From Candidatus Marinacidobacterium sp. (GTDB taxonomy: Bacteria; Acidobacteriota; Vicinamibacteria; Marinacidobacterales; Marinacidobacteraceae), in the NCBI GenBank assembly GCA_965220965.1, contig OZ244852.1, positions 2,336,001 through 2,400,000 on the forward strand: 64,000 nt of DNA. The letters are read 5' to 3'. Made by a program: the position numbers and the translations under genes. The notes beneath the pieces are model-generated. The model was not told where the DNA came from and ran no database searches. It saw only the letters and a list, made by a program, of their open reading frames with translations. Below are positions 1-8,985 of this stretch, piece after piece (position 1 is the stretch's first letter; every line of letters starts with the position of its first letter).

Positions 1-1098
1 CAGCGCGTCCGTCGGGCTCAGCCCGATCCCCACCATGACGGCGAATTCCCGCGCCGCCGTCCCATGCGGGAAGATCGTGTCCGAGCCGAACGCCACCGGG
101 ACACCCGCGGAGAATGCGGCCCCGATCCGCCGGTCGCGCTCCTCGATCAGCTCCCGCGCCTTCTGGATGCTCTCGCGGGGGAAGCCGATCGCCTCGCCCT
201 CCTCGAGAATGTAGTTCATGACGTAGAGGGTGGGCACCATCGGGACGCCGCGCTCGATGAAGAGCCGGATCCCTTCCTCGTCCACCAGGGTGGCGTGCTC
301 CACCGAGTCCACGCCCGCCCGGAGCGCGGTGTTGATCCCGGCGGCCCCGTGGGCGTGAACGGTGATCTTCTTCTGATGGCGGTGGACCTCCTCCACCGCG
401 GCGCGCACCTCCTCCTCGGTGTAGGTGCTGACGTTCGGGTTGTCGCCGGCGGACATCACCCCGCCGGTCATCATGAGCTTGATCCAGTCTGCGCCGAATT
501 TGAACTCCCGCCGGATCTCGAGTCGCAGGCCCTCGGGGCCGTCGGCGATCCGCGTCGGCGTCTCGATATGGAGGTCGGACATCAGGTTGTTGAAGTCCCC
601 GTGCCCCCCGGTCGCCGAGATCGCGTGCGGCGCGACGAGCAGCCGGGGACCGATGTGGTCGCCGCGGGCGATCGCGTTCCGGAGGTCGACAGTGGCGTAA
701 TAGCCGTCGAATTCCCCCGGGCTGCGGAGCGTCGTGAACCCCGCCTGGAGCATCTCCTGCGCGTTCTTCAGGGCGTCGAGCGCCCGGGCGGCGCTCGAAC
801 GGTTCATGTCGAGGGCAGTCAGCGTGTCGGGGTTGATCGTGAGGTGGGCGTGGAGGTCGATGAGCCCGGGTAGACAGGTCAGACCGGAGAGGTCCACGAC
901 CTCCCCGCCGGACCCGCCCGCAGGTTCCACCGCGGTGATCCGGCCGCCCGCCACCACCACATCCGCGGCGCCCCCGGCGCTTTCGCCGTCGAAGAGCGCG
1001 CCGCACCGGAGGCGCGTCTCCTGCGCCGCCGCCGGGGCTGCGACGAGCGCCGCCGCCGCCGCGAGGATCGCCGGAAAGGGAACGGGGATGCGTTTCAT
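1..1098 (-). CDS. Exported metal-dependent amidohydrolase (Xaa-Pro dipeptidase-like subgroup), 3' end runs off the window
   Basis: Not in the ORF track; translated by hand from ATG 1098: MKRIPVPFPAILAAAAALVAAPAAAQ signal peptide, PGLIDLHAH, GADWIK, VHAHG, SVEH, FGSD motifs. ATGA overlap with the upstream gene. Confidence 0.9.
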   Translation of the reverse strand, partial: MKRIPVPFPAILAAAAALVAAPAAAQETRLRCGALFDGESAGGAADVVVAGGRITAVEPAGGSGGEVVDLSGLTCLPGLIDLHAHLTINPDTLTALDMNRSSAARALDALKNAQEMLQAGFTTLRSPGEFDGYYATVDLRNAIARGDHIGPRLLVAPHAISATGGHGDFNNLMSDLHIETPTRIADGPEGLRLEIRREFKFGADWIKLMMTGGVMSAGDNPNVSTYTEEEVRAAVEEVHRHQKKITVHAHGAAGINTALRAGVDSVEHATLVDEEGIRLFIERGVPMVPTLYVMNYILEEGEAIGFPRESIQKARELIEERDRRIGAAFSAGVPVAFGSDTIFPHGTAAREFAVMVGIGLSPTDAL

Positions 1099-2795
1099 TC
1101 CGCCTCCGCCATGCTGCAGCGGCGGGGGTCGCCGCAGCCGCGACGGTCGCCGTCCGCATCGAGGTGGATCCCCTCGAAGGATCCGTGATGCCAGTTCCAG
1201 GGGTTCACGACGTCGAAGCGGATCCCGCGGGCCGCCACCGCCTCGCGGACCGCCTCCGGGAAGTCGGCCTCGATCAGCACGGCCCCGGGAGTCGTGAGGG
1301 ATGGCCCTCCGAAGCGGGGCCGGTTCACCGATTCGCCCACCGGAACCCCGAATTGCAGAACGTTCAGGCTGTTCTGCAGGCAGTTCTGGAGCAGGCTCAC
1401 GCTCGGCGAGCCGGAGGCCATGACCGGGCGGTCGTCGCGGAAGATGATGTTGGGCGCGACGTAGGCCGAGATCCGGTGGCCGGGACGCGGCATGACGCGG
1501 AGGAAGTGGGCCCCCGCGGCGCAGATGCTGACCCCTTCGGCGAACAGGCCGTTGCTCCAGGGATAGGACATGCAGGAGTGGAGGATGGTGGCCACGTTCC
1601 CGTCGGCGTCGACCACGGTGACGTGGTTGCTTCCGGCGGGAGGCGGCGGCTCGCCCGCCGGCGCCACCGGATGGCCCATCTGGAGGAGGTCGAACCGCAT
1701 CCGCGCGTAGTCCTTCGAGAGGATCGTCTCGAGCGGCAGCGGGTGGCTCTCCGGATCGTTCTGGCGACCCCCCTCGGAATAGACGAGGTGGCTCACCCGG
1801 ACCATCTGGAGCAGGCTCTCGGCCGACTCCGTCGGAGGGCCGAGCCGTTCCAGATCGAGGAACTCCAGCATGTGGAGCATCTCGATCAGGTGCGTGCCCC
1901 CATTGTCGGGGGGCGGCGACCCGGCGATCTTCAGGCCGCGGTAGTCGCCCCACGCCGGCTCCTGCCAGCGAGGTTCCCAGCGGGCGAAGTCGTCGGGGGT
2001 CAGGACGCCTCCGGCGGCCTGGACCACATCGCACACCCGGCGCGCGAAGTCGCCCCGGTAGAAGTAGTCGTTCCCCTCTTCGGCGAGCCGCTCGAGCGTG
2101 TCGGCGGCCCGCTTCTGGTAGAGCATCGCGCCGGGACGCGGCACGGCGCCCCCGTCGAAGAAGATCTCCCGGCCGGCGGCGGTCCTCCCGATCTTCTCCG
2201 ACTGGATGAAGATCTCGCCCCACAGGAAGGGGTGGGTCTCGAACCCGTCGCGGGCGTAGGCGATCGCTCCGGCCATCAGATCCTTGCGGGGAAGGCTCCC
2301 GTGGCGATCGTGCGCCGCCTCGAAGCCGCCCCACCAGCCCGGGACCGCCACCCCGCGTCCGGTGGCGAGGTCGTGCGCCCCGAAACCGGGCAGCGGCGCC
2401 ATCGGGGTGTTCACGTTCCCGTTGACGTAGGTCGTCTCGCCGGTTGCGGCGTCGTGGTAGAGCTGCGACAGGCACCCGGTGATCGTCGTCATGTGCGGCT
2501 CGACCACCGTCTGGGTGATCGAGGCGGCGAGCGCCGCGTCGCAGGCGTTTCCGCCGCGGCGGAGCACCTCGACCGCCTCGCGGGTGGCGAGCGGGTGCGA
2601 GGTGATCGCCATCCCGCCCCGACCTTCGGCGGGAGACTTCCGGCCGAAGTGGGCCAGATCGATCAGACGGCGCCGCTCGGCGGCGTCGGGGAGCGTCGCG
2701 GCCCCGGCGGCGGTCCGCGGCGTGGCGAAGGCCGCCCCGGCGAGACCGGCGCCGGCGCTCTGGAGAAAGCGGCGGCGGGTGGGAGACGTTGCCAT
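1095..2795 (-). CDS. Gamma-glutamyltransferase-family Ntn hydrolase, Tat-exported, atypical active site
   Basis: TRRRFL Tat motif; GGNACDAA, VAVPG, PPPDNGG and HVTVVDADGN motifs of the GGT fold. Confidence 0.9.
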   Translation of the reverse strand: MATSPTRRRFLQSAGAGLAGAAFATPRTAAGAATLPDAAERRRLIDLAHFGRKSPAEGRGGMAITSHPLATREAVEVLRRGGNACDAALAASITQTVVEPHMTTITGCLSQLYHDAATGETTYVNGNVNTPMAPLPGFGAHDLATGRGVAVPGWWGGFEAAHDRHGSLPRKDLMAGAIAYARDGFETHPFLWGEIFIQSEKIGRTAAGREIFFDGGAVPRPGAMLYQKRAADTLERLAEEGNDYFYRGDFARRVCDVVQAAGGVLTPDDFARWEPRWQEPAWGDYRGLKIAGSPPPDNGGTHLIEMLHMLEFLDLERLGPPTESAESLLQMVRVSHLVYSEGGRQNDPESHPLPLETILSKDYARMRFDLLQMGHPVAPAGEPPPPAGSNHVTVVDADGNVATILHSCMSYPWSNGLFAEGVSICAAGAHFLRVMPRPGHRISAYVAPNIIFRDDRPVMASGSPSVSLLQNCLQNSLNVLQFGVPVGESVNRPRFGGPSLTTPGAVLIEADFPEAVREAVAARGIRFDVVNPWNWHHGSFEGIHLDADGDRRGCGDPRRCSMAEAE

Positions 2796-2902
2796 CGGGG
2801 AACCTCCGGGGAAGCGAAGCTACCAGACGGTCGCGGATCCGGGCGCCGGGATGCGGCTGCGCCCGTCGGTAGACTGCCCACCGCCCGAAAGGCGGCCCCC
2901 CC

Positions 2903-5218
2903 TTGACGATCAACACCCAGAGCATCGGAGACCGGGTCCGAAGGCGCGAGGACCCCCGGCTGGTCACCGGAGCGGCGCACTACACCGCGGACATCGATCT
3001 TCCCGGAGCGCTCCATCTGGCGCTGGTGCGCAGTCCCTATCCCCACGCCGAAATCGTCGGGATCGAAACCGCGGACGCGGCGGCCATGCCGGGCGTGCGC
3101 GGGGTCTTCACCGGCGCCGACATCCTCCCGACGCTGAAGTCACCGTTCCCGGTCGCGAGATCGCCGCAGGGCGGGGCGTTCGAGTGGCTGCACCTGCCCG
3201 GCTCGGGCCCGATCGCCGAGGACCGGGTGCGGATGGTCGGGGACCCGGTGGCCGTCGTGGTGGCGGAGACCGCGCGGCAGGCGGTCGATGCCGCGGCCGC
3301 CGTGTGGGTCGACTACAACGCGCGGACCGGCGCGGGAGACTGCGAGGCGGCGCTCGCCGCCGACGCGGAACGCCTCTTCGCCGGCGTCCCCGGCAACCGG
3401 GCCTTTCGCTGGGAGCTGCCCCCGGCGCGCGAGCCGGACCCGGCGCCGGTCGAGGTCGTCCAGGACTTCCGGATCCAGCGGCTCATTCCGATGGCGATGG
3501 AGCCCCGGGCGGTGGCGGCTCAGCCCGACGGAGAACGGGTCACGCTCTGGACCTCGACGCAGTCGGCGCACCGGGTCAAGGCGAGCGTGGCGAAGATCCT
3601 CGGGATCGACGCGGAGCGGATCCGGTGCGTCGCACCCGAGGTCGGGGGCGGCTTCGGCGCGAAGGCCAACCTCTATCCGGAGGAGGTCCTCGTCCCCTGG
3701 GTCGCGCTGCGGTTCGGCGTCCCGGCTCGCTGGACGGCGACCCGCACCGAGGACTTCCAGACCACCAGCCACGGGCGGAACCTCTTCGCCCGCGTTGCGG
3801 TGCGCGCCGGAGAGGACGGCCGCATCCGCCACTGCGATGTGGACATGCGCTTCGACTGCGGCGCGTGGTTCAGCCGCCCGGGGCCGACGACCCCCTCGCT
3901 GACCGGGGCCATGATCGTCGGCCCCTACGACATCGCCACCGCGTCCGCCCGCGCCGACGGCGCATTCACCACCACCGCGCCGAACGAGCCCTACCGGGGC
4001 TCCGGACGCCCGGAGGCAACCTACCTGATCGAGCGCACGCTCGACGTCCTCGCCGGACGGCTGGGGCTCGACCCGGCGGAGATCCGCCGCCGGAACCTGA
4101 TCCCGGAAGACCGGTTCCCCTACCAGACGGCCACCGGGCTCACCTACGACACCGGCGCCTACCACCGGGCGCTCGACCTCGCGCTGGAGGCGGGGGACTA
4201 CGCCGGTCTGCGCGCCGAGCAGGCGCGCCGCCTCAAAGAAGGCGGCCCGCCGCTCGGGATCGGACTCGCCTGCTACGTGGAGATCTGCGGGTTCGGTCCC
4301 TGGGAGGCCGGAGGAGTCACCGTGGAGGCTGATGGATCGGTCACGGTCCGCAGCGGCACGTCACCCCACGGACAGGGTCACGAAACCGCGTGGGCGCAGA
4401 TCGTGGCCGACCAGTTGGGGGTCTCCGCCGAAGACGTCACCGTGCTCCACGGGGACACCGACGAGTGCCCGCGCGGGATCGGCACCTTCGGGAGCCGGAG
4501 CGCCCCGGTGGGCGGCTCGGCGGTGTTCGCGAACGCCGCCACGGTGCGCGAACGGGCCCGCGAGCTCGCGGCGCAACTGCTCGAGGCCGCGCCCGAGGAC
4601 CTCCGGTTCGAGGCTGGGCGTTACTTCGTCGCCGGCTCCCCGGCCCGCGCTGTGGGCTGGGAGGAACTCGCCGCCTACGCCGCTTCGGACGACTCCCCGG
4701 AGGATGCGGCCGACGCGCTCACCGCGGACACCGACTTCCGCCCGCCGTCCGACACGTTCCCCTTCGGCTCCCACCTGTGCGCCGTCGAGCTCGACCCGGA
4801 CACCGGCGCCATCCGGATCCTCCGCTACATCTCGGTGGACGACTGCGGCCGGGTGATCAACCCGCTGCTCGCCGAGGGGCAGGTCCACGGGGGGCTCGCC
4901 CAGGGCATCTCGCAGGCGCTCTTCGAGGACGCGGTCTACGACGCGGAGGGCAACCTGCTCACCGGGAGCCTTCTCGAATACGCCGTTCCCCGCGCCGACA
5001 TGCTGCCCGGCTATGAGCTCCACCGCACGGTCACCCCGACGCCGGTGAACCCTCTGGGCGCGAAGGGCATCGGGGAAGCGGCGACGATCGGGTCCACCCC
5101 CGCGGTCACGAACGCGGTCCTCGACGCGCTGCGCCCCTTCGGGGTCGAGCATCTCGACACCCCGCTCACGCCGGAGAAGATCTGGCGCACGATGCGCGAG
5201 GGGCCTGGCCAGTCCTGA
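2903..5218 (+). CDS. Xanthine dehydrogenase/CoxL-family molybdopterin-binding large subunit (not form I CODH)
   Basis: RREDPRLVTG, VGGGFGAK, PYRGSGRPE, GQGHET, GTFGSRS, AKGIGE motifs; TTG start. Confidence 0.93.
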   Translation: MTINTQSIGDRVRRREDPRLVTGAAHYTADIDLPGALHLALVRSPYPHAEIVGIETADAAAMPGVRGVFTGADILPTLKSPFPVARSPQGGAFEWLHLPGSGPIAEDRVRMVGDPVAVVVAETARQAVDAAAAVWVDYNARTGAGDCEAALAADAERLFAGVPGNRAFRWELPPAREPDPAPVEVVQDFRIQRLIPMAMEPRAVAAQPDGERVTLWTSTQSAHRVKASVAKILGIDAERIRCVAPEVGGGFGAKANLYPEEVLVPWVALRFGVPARWTATRTEDFQTTSHGRNLFARVAVRAGEDGRIRHCDVDMRFDCGAWFSRPGPTTPSLTGAMIVGPYDIATASARADGAFTTTAPNEPYRGSGRPEATYLIERTLDVLAGRLGLDPAEIRRRNLIPEDRFPYQTATGLTYDTGAYHRALDLALEAGDYAGLRAEQARRLKEGGPPLGIGLACYVEICGFGPWEAGGVTVEADGSVTVRSGTSPHGQGHETAWAQIVADQLGVSAEDVTVLHGDTDECPRGIGTFGSRSAPVGGSAVFANAATVRERARELAAQLLEAAPEDLRFEAGRYFVAGSPARAVGWEELAAYAASDDSPEDAADALTADTDFRPPSDTFPFGSHLCAVELDPDTGAIRILRYISVDDCGRVINPLLAEGQVHGGLAQGISQALFEDAVYDAEGNLLTGSLLEYAVPRADMLPGYELHRTVTPTPVNPLGAKGIGEAATIGSTPAVTNAVLDALRPFGVEHLDTPLTPEKIWRTMREGPGQS

Positions 5219-5256
5219 CAGCGGCGCCGCACAATGGGCGCGATGGAGGTTCTTCC

Positions 5257-5781
5257 ATGACCTGTTCTTCCTCCCGGGCCCGGCGCGTGTCCGTCATCGC
5301 GGCCGCGGCGTCGGTCGTGATCTGGGCCGCAGCGGCCCGCTCTTCCACCTCGGGAACGCCTCCCGATGTCGCCTCGCTCCAGACCACCTTCGAGTCCTCG
5401 GTCGCGGCGCTGAACTCGGGGAACCTCGACGCATTCCTCGACACGGTCCACGAGGAAGCGCTCTCGTTCTACGCCTGCGGGCCGACCTCCGGCAAGCAGG
5501 GACGGGAGGCCTGCGCCATCGACTGGGGCCTCTTCTTCAACAACACGACCGGCGCCGAGTTCCGGACGAGCAACGAGCAGTACCGGATCATCGGGGGAAC
5601 CGGGATCGCCTATGGCGAGTACGAGCTCTCCGTCCTTTACGACGGGAAGGAGCGGATGACCGTCCACGAGGGCCGCTACACGATGACCTACATCCACTCC
5701 GGCGACCGCTGGCGGATCATCATGCAGCACAACACCCCGGCGGGAGACGACCCGCAGCCGGTGCGGAACCTGCGGAGGTAG
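5257..5781 (+). CDS. Exported NTF2-like (DUF4440/SnoaL-like) protein
   Basis: GGAGG RBS, N-terminal hydrophobic segment, C-terminal GRYTMTY...WRIIMQHNT typical of NTF2-like folds. Confidence 0.7.
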   Translation: MTCSSSRARRVSVIAAAASVVIWAAAARSSTSGTPPDVASLQTTFESSVAALNSGNLDAFLDTVHEEALSFYACGPTSGKQGREACAIDWGLFFNNTTGAEFRTSNEQYRIIGGTGIAYGEYELSVLYDGKERMTVHEGRYTMTYIHSGDRWRIIMQHNTPAGDDPQPVRNLRR

Positions 5782-5794
5782 CCCGGGCGGAGAA

Positions 5795-7084
5795 TCAGCC
5801 CGTCGGCTCGCGTGGCGGGTGAACCCGCCCGTCGCGCACCACCAGCCGGACCTCCCCGAGGGCCCGGACATCCTGGCCGGGATCTCCGCCAACGACGACC
5901 AGATCGGCGGCGTACCCGGGGGCGAGCGTCCCGATCTCGTCGGACATTCCGAGCGATTCCGCCGCCAGCGAGGTGAGGGCCACGATCAGGTCCTCCGGCG
6001 GCTGGCCCCCCTGCTCCACCCGGGCGAACGCCTCGCGGATGTTCTGGCCGTGGGCGCCCGCGACCGCGTCCGTCCCGAAGACGACCCGCAGCCCCGGGGT
6101 GGCGAGGGCCTTCCGGAAGACCTCCATCCGTCCCTCGATGTTCGACTCCATCAGCGCGAATCCCTCCTCGGTGTAGTTGCCGATCCCGAGGTAGCGCTCC
6201 TTCTGTTCGAGGTAGTTCGCGACGATCAGGTAGGTGTTCGGGTCGAAGAACAGGCCCTTCCCGGCGAGCAGGTCGAGAGTGGCCTGGTCGAGCAGCGAAC
6301 CGTGCTCGATCGTGGTGCAGCCGGCCTCCGCCGCCCGGCTCGCGCTCACCGGCCCGTGGGCGTGCACGAGCGTCCGGAGGCCGAGCTCGCTCGCCGCGCC
6401 GCAGGCGGCGTCGAGCTGTTCCTGGGTCAGCGTCGGAGCGCCCCCGTCGCGGCTGCTGGCGGAGGCGAAGATCTTGATCGCGTCGGCCCCCGCCTCCGCC
6501 ATCCGGCGAACCTCGGCGTCCATCGCCTCCGGGCCTCCGGTGCGATCCGAGAGCGAGCCGAGCGAGGTGATGATCCGGGGGCCGGGAACGACGCCGCGCG
6601 CCACCGCGTCGCGCACCGGCCCGTCGACCGGGCTCCCGAGGCTCTGGACCGTGGTGAACCCGGCCTCCAGCATCCGAACGCCGTTCTCGACCGCGTGGAG
6701 CGCGCTCTCTTCCGGGGGCGCGCCCCGCGCGAGGCGTCCGTCCTCCCCGAAGTGCCAGTCGAGGTGGATGTGGGTGTCGATGAAGCCCGGCAGGATCGAA
6801 GCGCCGGGGAAGTCGAGTCGTCGGCCGCCGGTCGGAAGGTCCTTCGCTGGCGCCACCGCTTCGATCCGGCCGTCGCGCACCGCGACGCCGTAGCCCTCGA
6901 AGACCTCGCCACGACCGTCGAACACCCGGTCCGCGGTGATGACGAGAACGTCGGGGCCCGCTTCGGTCGCTTCCTGCGGAGCCTCCGGCGACACGCCTCC
7001 GCAGCCGGCGGACCAGACCGCGAGCGCCGCTCCCGCCAGGCGGAGCCCCGCGGTCTCCGCTCTTCGCCTCGCGCCGATCGTCAT
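5795..7084 (-). CDS. Amidohydrolase family lipoprotein
   Basis: SAGC lipobox-like motif; PGFIDTHIH, DAIK, VHAHG, TIEHG, FGTD motifs. Confidence 0.9.
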   Translation of the reverse strand: MTIGARRRAETAGLRLAGAALAVWSAGCGGVSPEAPQEATEAGPDVLVITADRVFDGRGEVFEGYGVAVRDGRIEAVAPAKDLPTGGRRLDFPGASILPGFIDTHIHLDWHFGEDGRLARGAPPEESALHAVENGVRMLEAGFTTVQSLGSPVDGPVRDAVARGVVPGPRIITSLGSLSDRTGGPEAMDAEVRRMAEAGADAIKIFASASSRDGGAPTLTQEQLDAACGAASELGLRTLVHAHGPVSASRAAEAGCTTIEHGSLLDQATLDLLAGKGLFFDPNTYLIVANYLEQKERYLGIGNYTEEGFALMESNIEGRMEVFRKALATPGLRVVFGTDAVAGAHGQNIREAFARVEQGGQPPEDLIVALTSLAAESLGMSDEIGTLAPGYAADLVVVGGDPGQDVRALGEVRLVVRDGRVHPPREPTG

Positions 7085-7142
7085 GCGCGGAGTATCCCGC
7101 TTCGGGCGGAGTCCGTGGATTCCTGCGTTGTAATCGTGTGAT

Positions 7143-7163
7143 TCCTACGATGCTATCGTAGGA
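7143..7163. promoter_or_regulatory. Perfect palindrome TCCTACGAT-N3-ATCGTAGGA overlapping a TAGGAT -10 element; candidate operator
   Basis: 9-bp arms read directly, ending 8 nt before ATG 7172. Confidence 0.65.
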
Positions 7164-7171
7164 TTTGACCA

Positions 7172-8341
7172 ATGTGGATTCCGCGGCGGATCGAACCGCT
7201 GCTTCGGGAACGGGTGGCCACCCGCCCGGTGGTCCTGCTGACCGGAGCGCGACAGACCGGCAAGACCAGCCTGGTGCGGCGGCTGTTCCCCGACCACGAC
7301 TTCGTCACGCTGGACCTGCCGAGCGAGGCGGAACAGGCGGAGCGGGACCCGGCCAGCTTCCTGGCGCGGCGCCCGCCGCCGCTCATCGTGGACGAGGTCC
7401 AGTACGCCCCCGGGCTGTTCCGTCATCTCAAGGTCGCGGTGGACCGGGACCGGTCGAGTTGCGGTCGCTTCATCCTCACCGGGTCGCAACCGCTGCGGCT
7501 CATGGCGTCAGGCGCCGACGCGCTCGCCGGCCGGGTGGACATCGTGGAGCTGGAGCCGCTCTCGTTCGCCGAGGCGAAGGCCGCCCGGCCCGAACTCACG
7601 CCCGAGGACTTCCTCGTGCGCGGCGGCTTTCCCGAGCTCCATGCCAACCCCCGGATCGAGTCGCGCGGTTTCCTGCAGTCGTACGTCGCGACCTACCTGG
7701 AGCGGGATCTGCGGCAGCTCCTCCGGGTCGCGCGGCTACGGGACCACGAGCGTTTCCTGCGGGCGCTCGCACTGCGCTCGGCCCAGCTTCTGAACCGGGC
7801 CGACCTGGCGCGCGACGTGGGGATCAGCGGTTCGACCGCCGGGGCGTGGCTGTCGGTTCTCGAGGCGTCCCACCAGACCGCGCTTCTCGAGCCGTGGTTC
7901 GGCAACCCGACGAGTTCGCTGGTGAAGCGGGCGAAGATCTTCCTTCGCGATGCCGGGCTGACCGCGTTCCTTTGCGGGATCCACACCGTCGATGCGCTGA
8001 CGGCGTCGCCGCTGGCGGGCGCCCTCTGGGAGACCCTGGTGTGCTCGGAGATCCGACGCGGCCAACTGAACCGGAGCGGGGGGTGGAACCTCCACTTCTA
8101 CCGGGACCGGGCGGGAGAAGCGGACTTCCTCGTCCACCAGGCGGGCCGCTTCCATCTCGGGGACGCGAAGTGGACCGAACTCCCCGGACCCCGGGACGCC
8201 CGCGCCCTGCGGAAGGTGGCGGCGCGACTTCCCGAGGGGAGCGTCGCGAGTCAGACGCTGTTCTGCCGCGCCCCGAATGCGTTTCCCATTGACGAACACG
8301 TGGCGGTGGTTCCGCTCGGGGAGATCGCCTTCCCGCCCTGA
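7172..8341 (+). CDS. AAA_14 ATPase with DUF4143 domain
   Basis: GARQTGKT Walker A, IVDEVQ Walker B, ILTGS, RGGFPE, TYLERD, EADF..DAK restriction-fold-like C-terminus. Confidence 0.92.
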   Translation: MWIPRRIEPLLRERVATRPVVLLTGARQTGKTSLVRRLFPDHDFVTLDLPSEAEQAERDPASFLARRPPPLIVDEVQYAPGLFRHLKVAVDRDRSSCGRFILTGSQPLRLMASGADALAGRVDIVELEPLSFAEAKAARPELTPEDFLVRGGFPELHANPRIESRGFLQSYVATYLERDLRQLLRVARLRDHERFLRALALRSAQLLNRADLARDVGISGSTAGAWLSVLEASHQTALLEPWFGNPTSSLVKRAKIFLRDAGLTAFLCGIHTVDALTASPLAGALWETLVCSEIRRGQLNRSGGWNLHFYRDRAGEADFLVHQAGRFHLGDAKWTELPGPRDARALRKVAARLPEGSVASQTLFCRAPNAFPIDEHVAVVPLGEIAFPP

Positions 8342-8358
8342 GTCAGACCTCGCGGAAA

Positions 8359-8985
8359 CGCGGCTCAGCCGGGCGGCGCGGTCAGGTCGGCGCCCCGGCT
8401 TCGAGCCCCCAGCGCTCCCAGCCGGGGGCCGGGCCGCGGGCGAAGAGCTCGATGCGGGGCTGGTGCGGGAACATCGCCTCGATCCGGCGGCGGACCTCCT
8501 CCGGTTTCGTGGAGTGGGGGCCGCGTCCCTCACGCACCAGTTGGCGCACGTTCCTCGCGCCGCGGGGCGTCGGGATCCGCCCCCGGCGGAAGACGAGGCA
8601 GAGCTCGCACTGGCTCAGCGTGTAGTGGCCGGGGTTCACCCGGCCCTTGTCCCAGACGAAGGCGACCGTGGCCCACGCGAAACCCCAGGCCTTTCCGAGC
8701 CGGATCGCCTGATCGAGGTGGGGGCTGGTGGCCCAGAGGAACAGGAGGCAGTCCGGGGCGGCGATGCGTTGGACGGGCAGCGCTTCGAGCGCGCCCAGCG
8801 GGACCGTCGGGTAGTGGCGGACCGCGCCGCCGGTGTCCTGGCTCCCGGGTCCGGCGTGCTGAAGCTGGCCGCGGTAGTCCCAGGGGGGGTCGGCGTAGAT
8901 GACCCCGAAGCGCCGGTCGGGGAGCGGCGGGAACGGAGCGCCGGAGTCCGCCGTCACGGGCGCAGCGGCGGCGCGGCTCAGCCGG
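8359..8985. repeat. 14-bp direct repeat CGCGGCTCAGCCGG (8359-8372 and 8972-8985) flanking the MT-A70 gene
   Basis: Exact match read from sequence; the right copy contains the stop codon of the PLP-lyase gene. Confidence 0.6.
8382..8957 (-). CDS. MT-A70 family adenine methyltransferase
   Basis: IYADPPW catalytic motif, LFLWAT, WGF, HSTKP, RIELFAR. Confidence 0.92.
   Translation of the reverse strand: MTADSGAPFPPLPDRRFGVIYADPPWDYRGQLQHAGPGSQDTGGAVRHYPTVPLGALEALPVQRIAAPDCLLFLWATSPHLDQAIRLGKAWGFAWATVAFVWDKGRVNPGHYTLSQCELCLVFRRGRIPTPRGARNVRQLVREGRGPHSTKPEEVRRRIEAMFPHQPRIELFARGPAPGWERWGLEAGAPT

Noticed and set aside
2870-2902. Moco riboswitch before the molybdoenzyme (CCGCC-CGAAA-GGCGG hairpin)
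   Set aside because: The leader is only ~25 nt with one hairpin, too short for the motif.
2903-5218. Form I carbon monoxide dehydrogenase
   Set aside because: Lacks the AYxCSFR motif and cox accessory genes.
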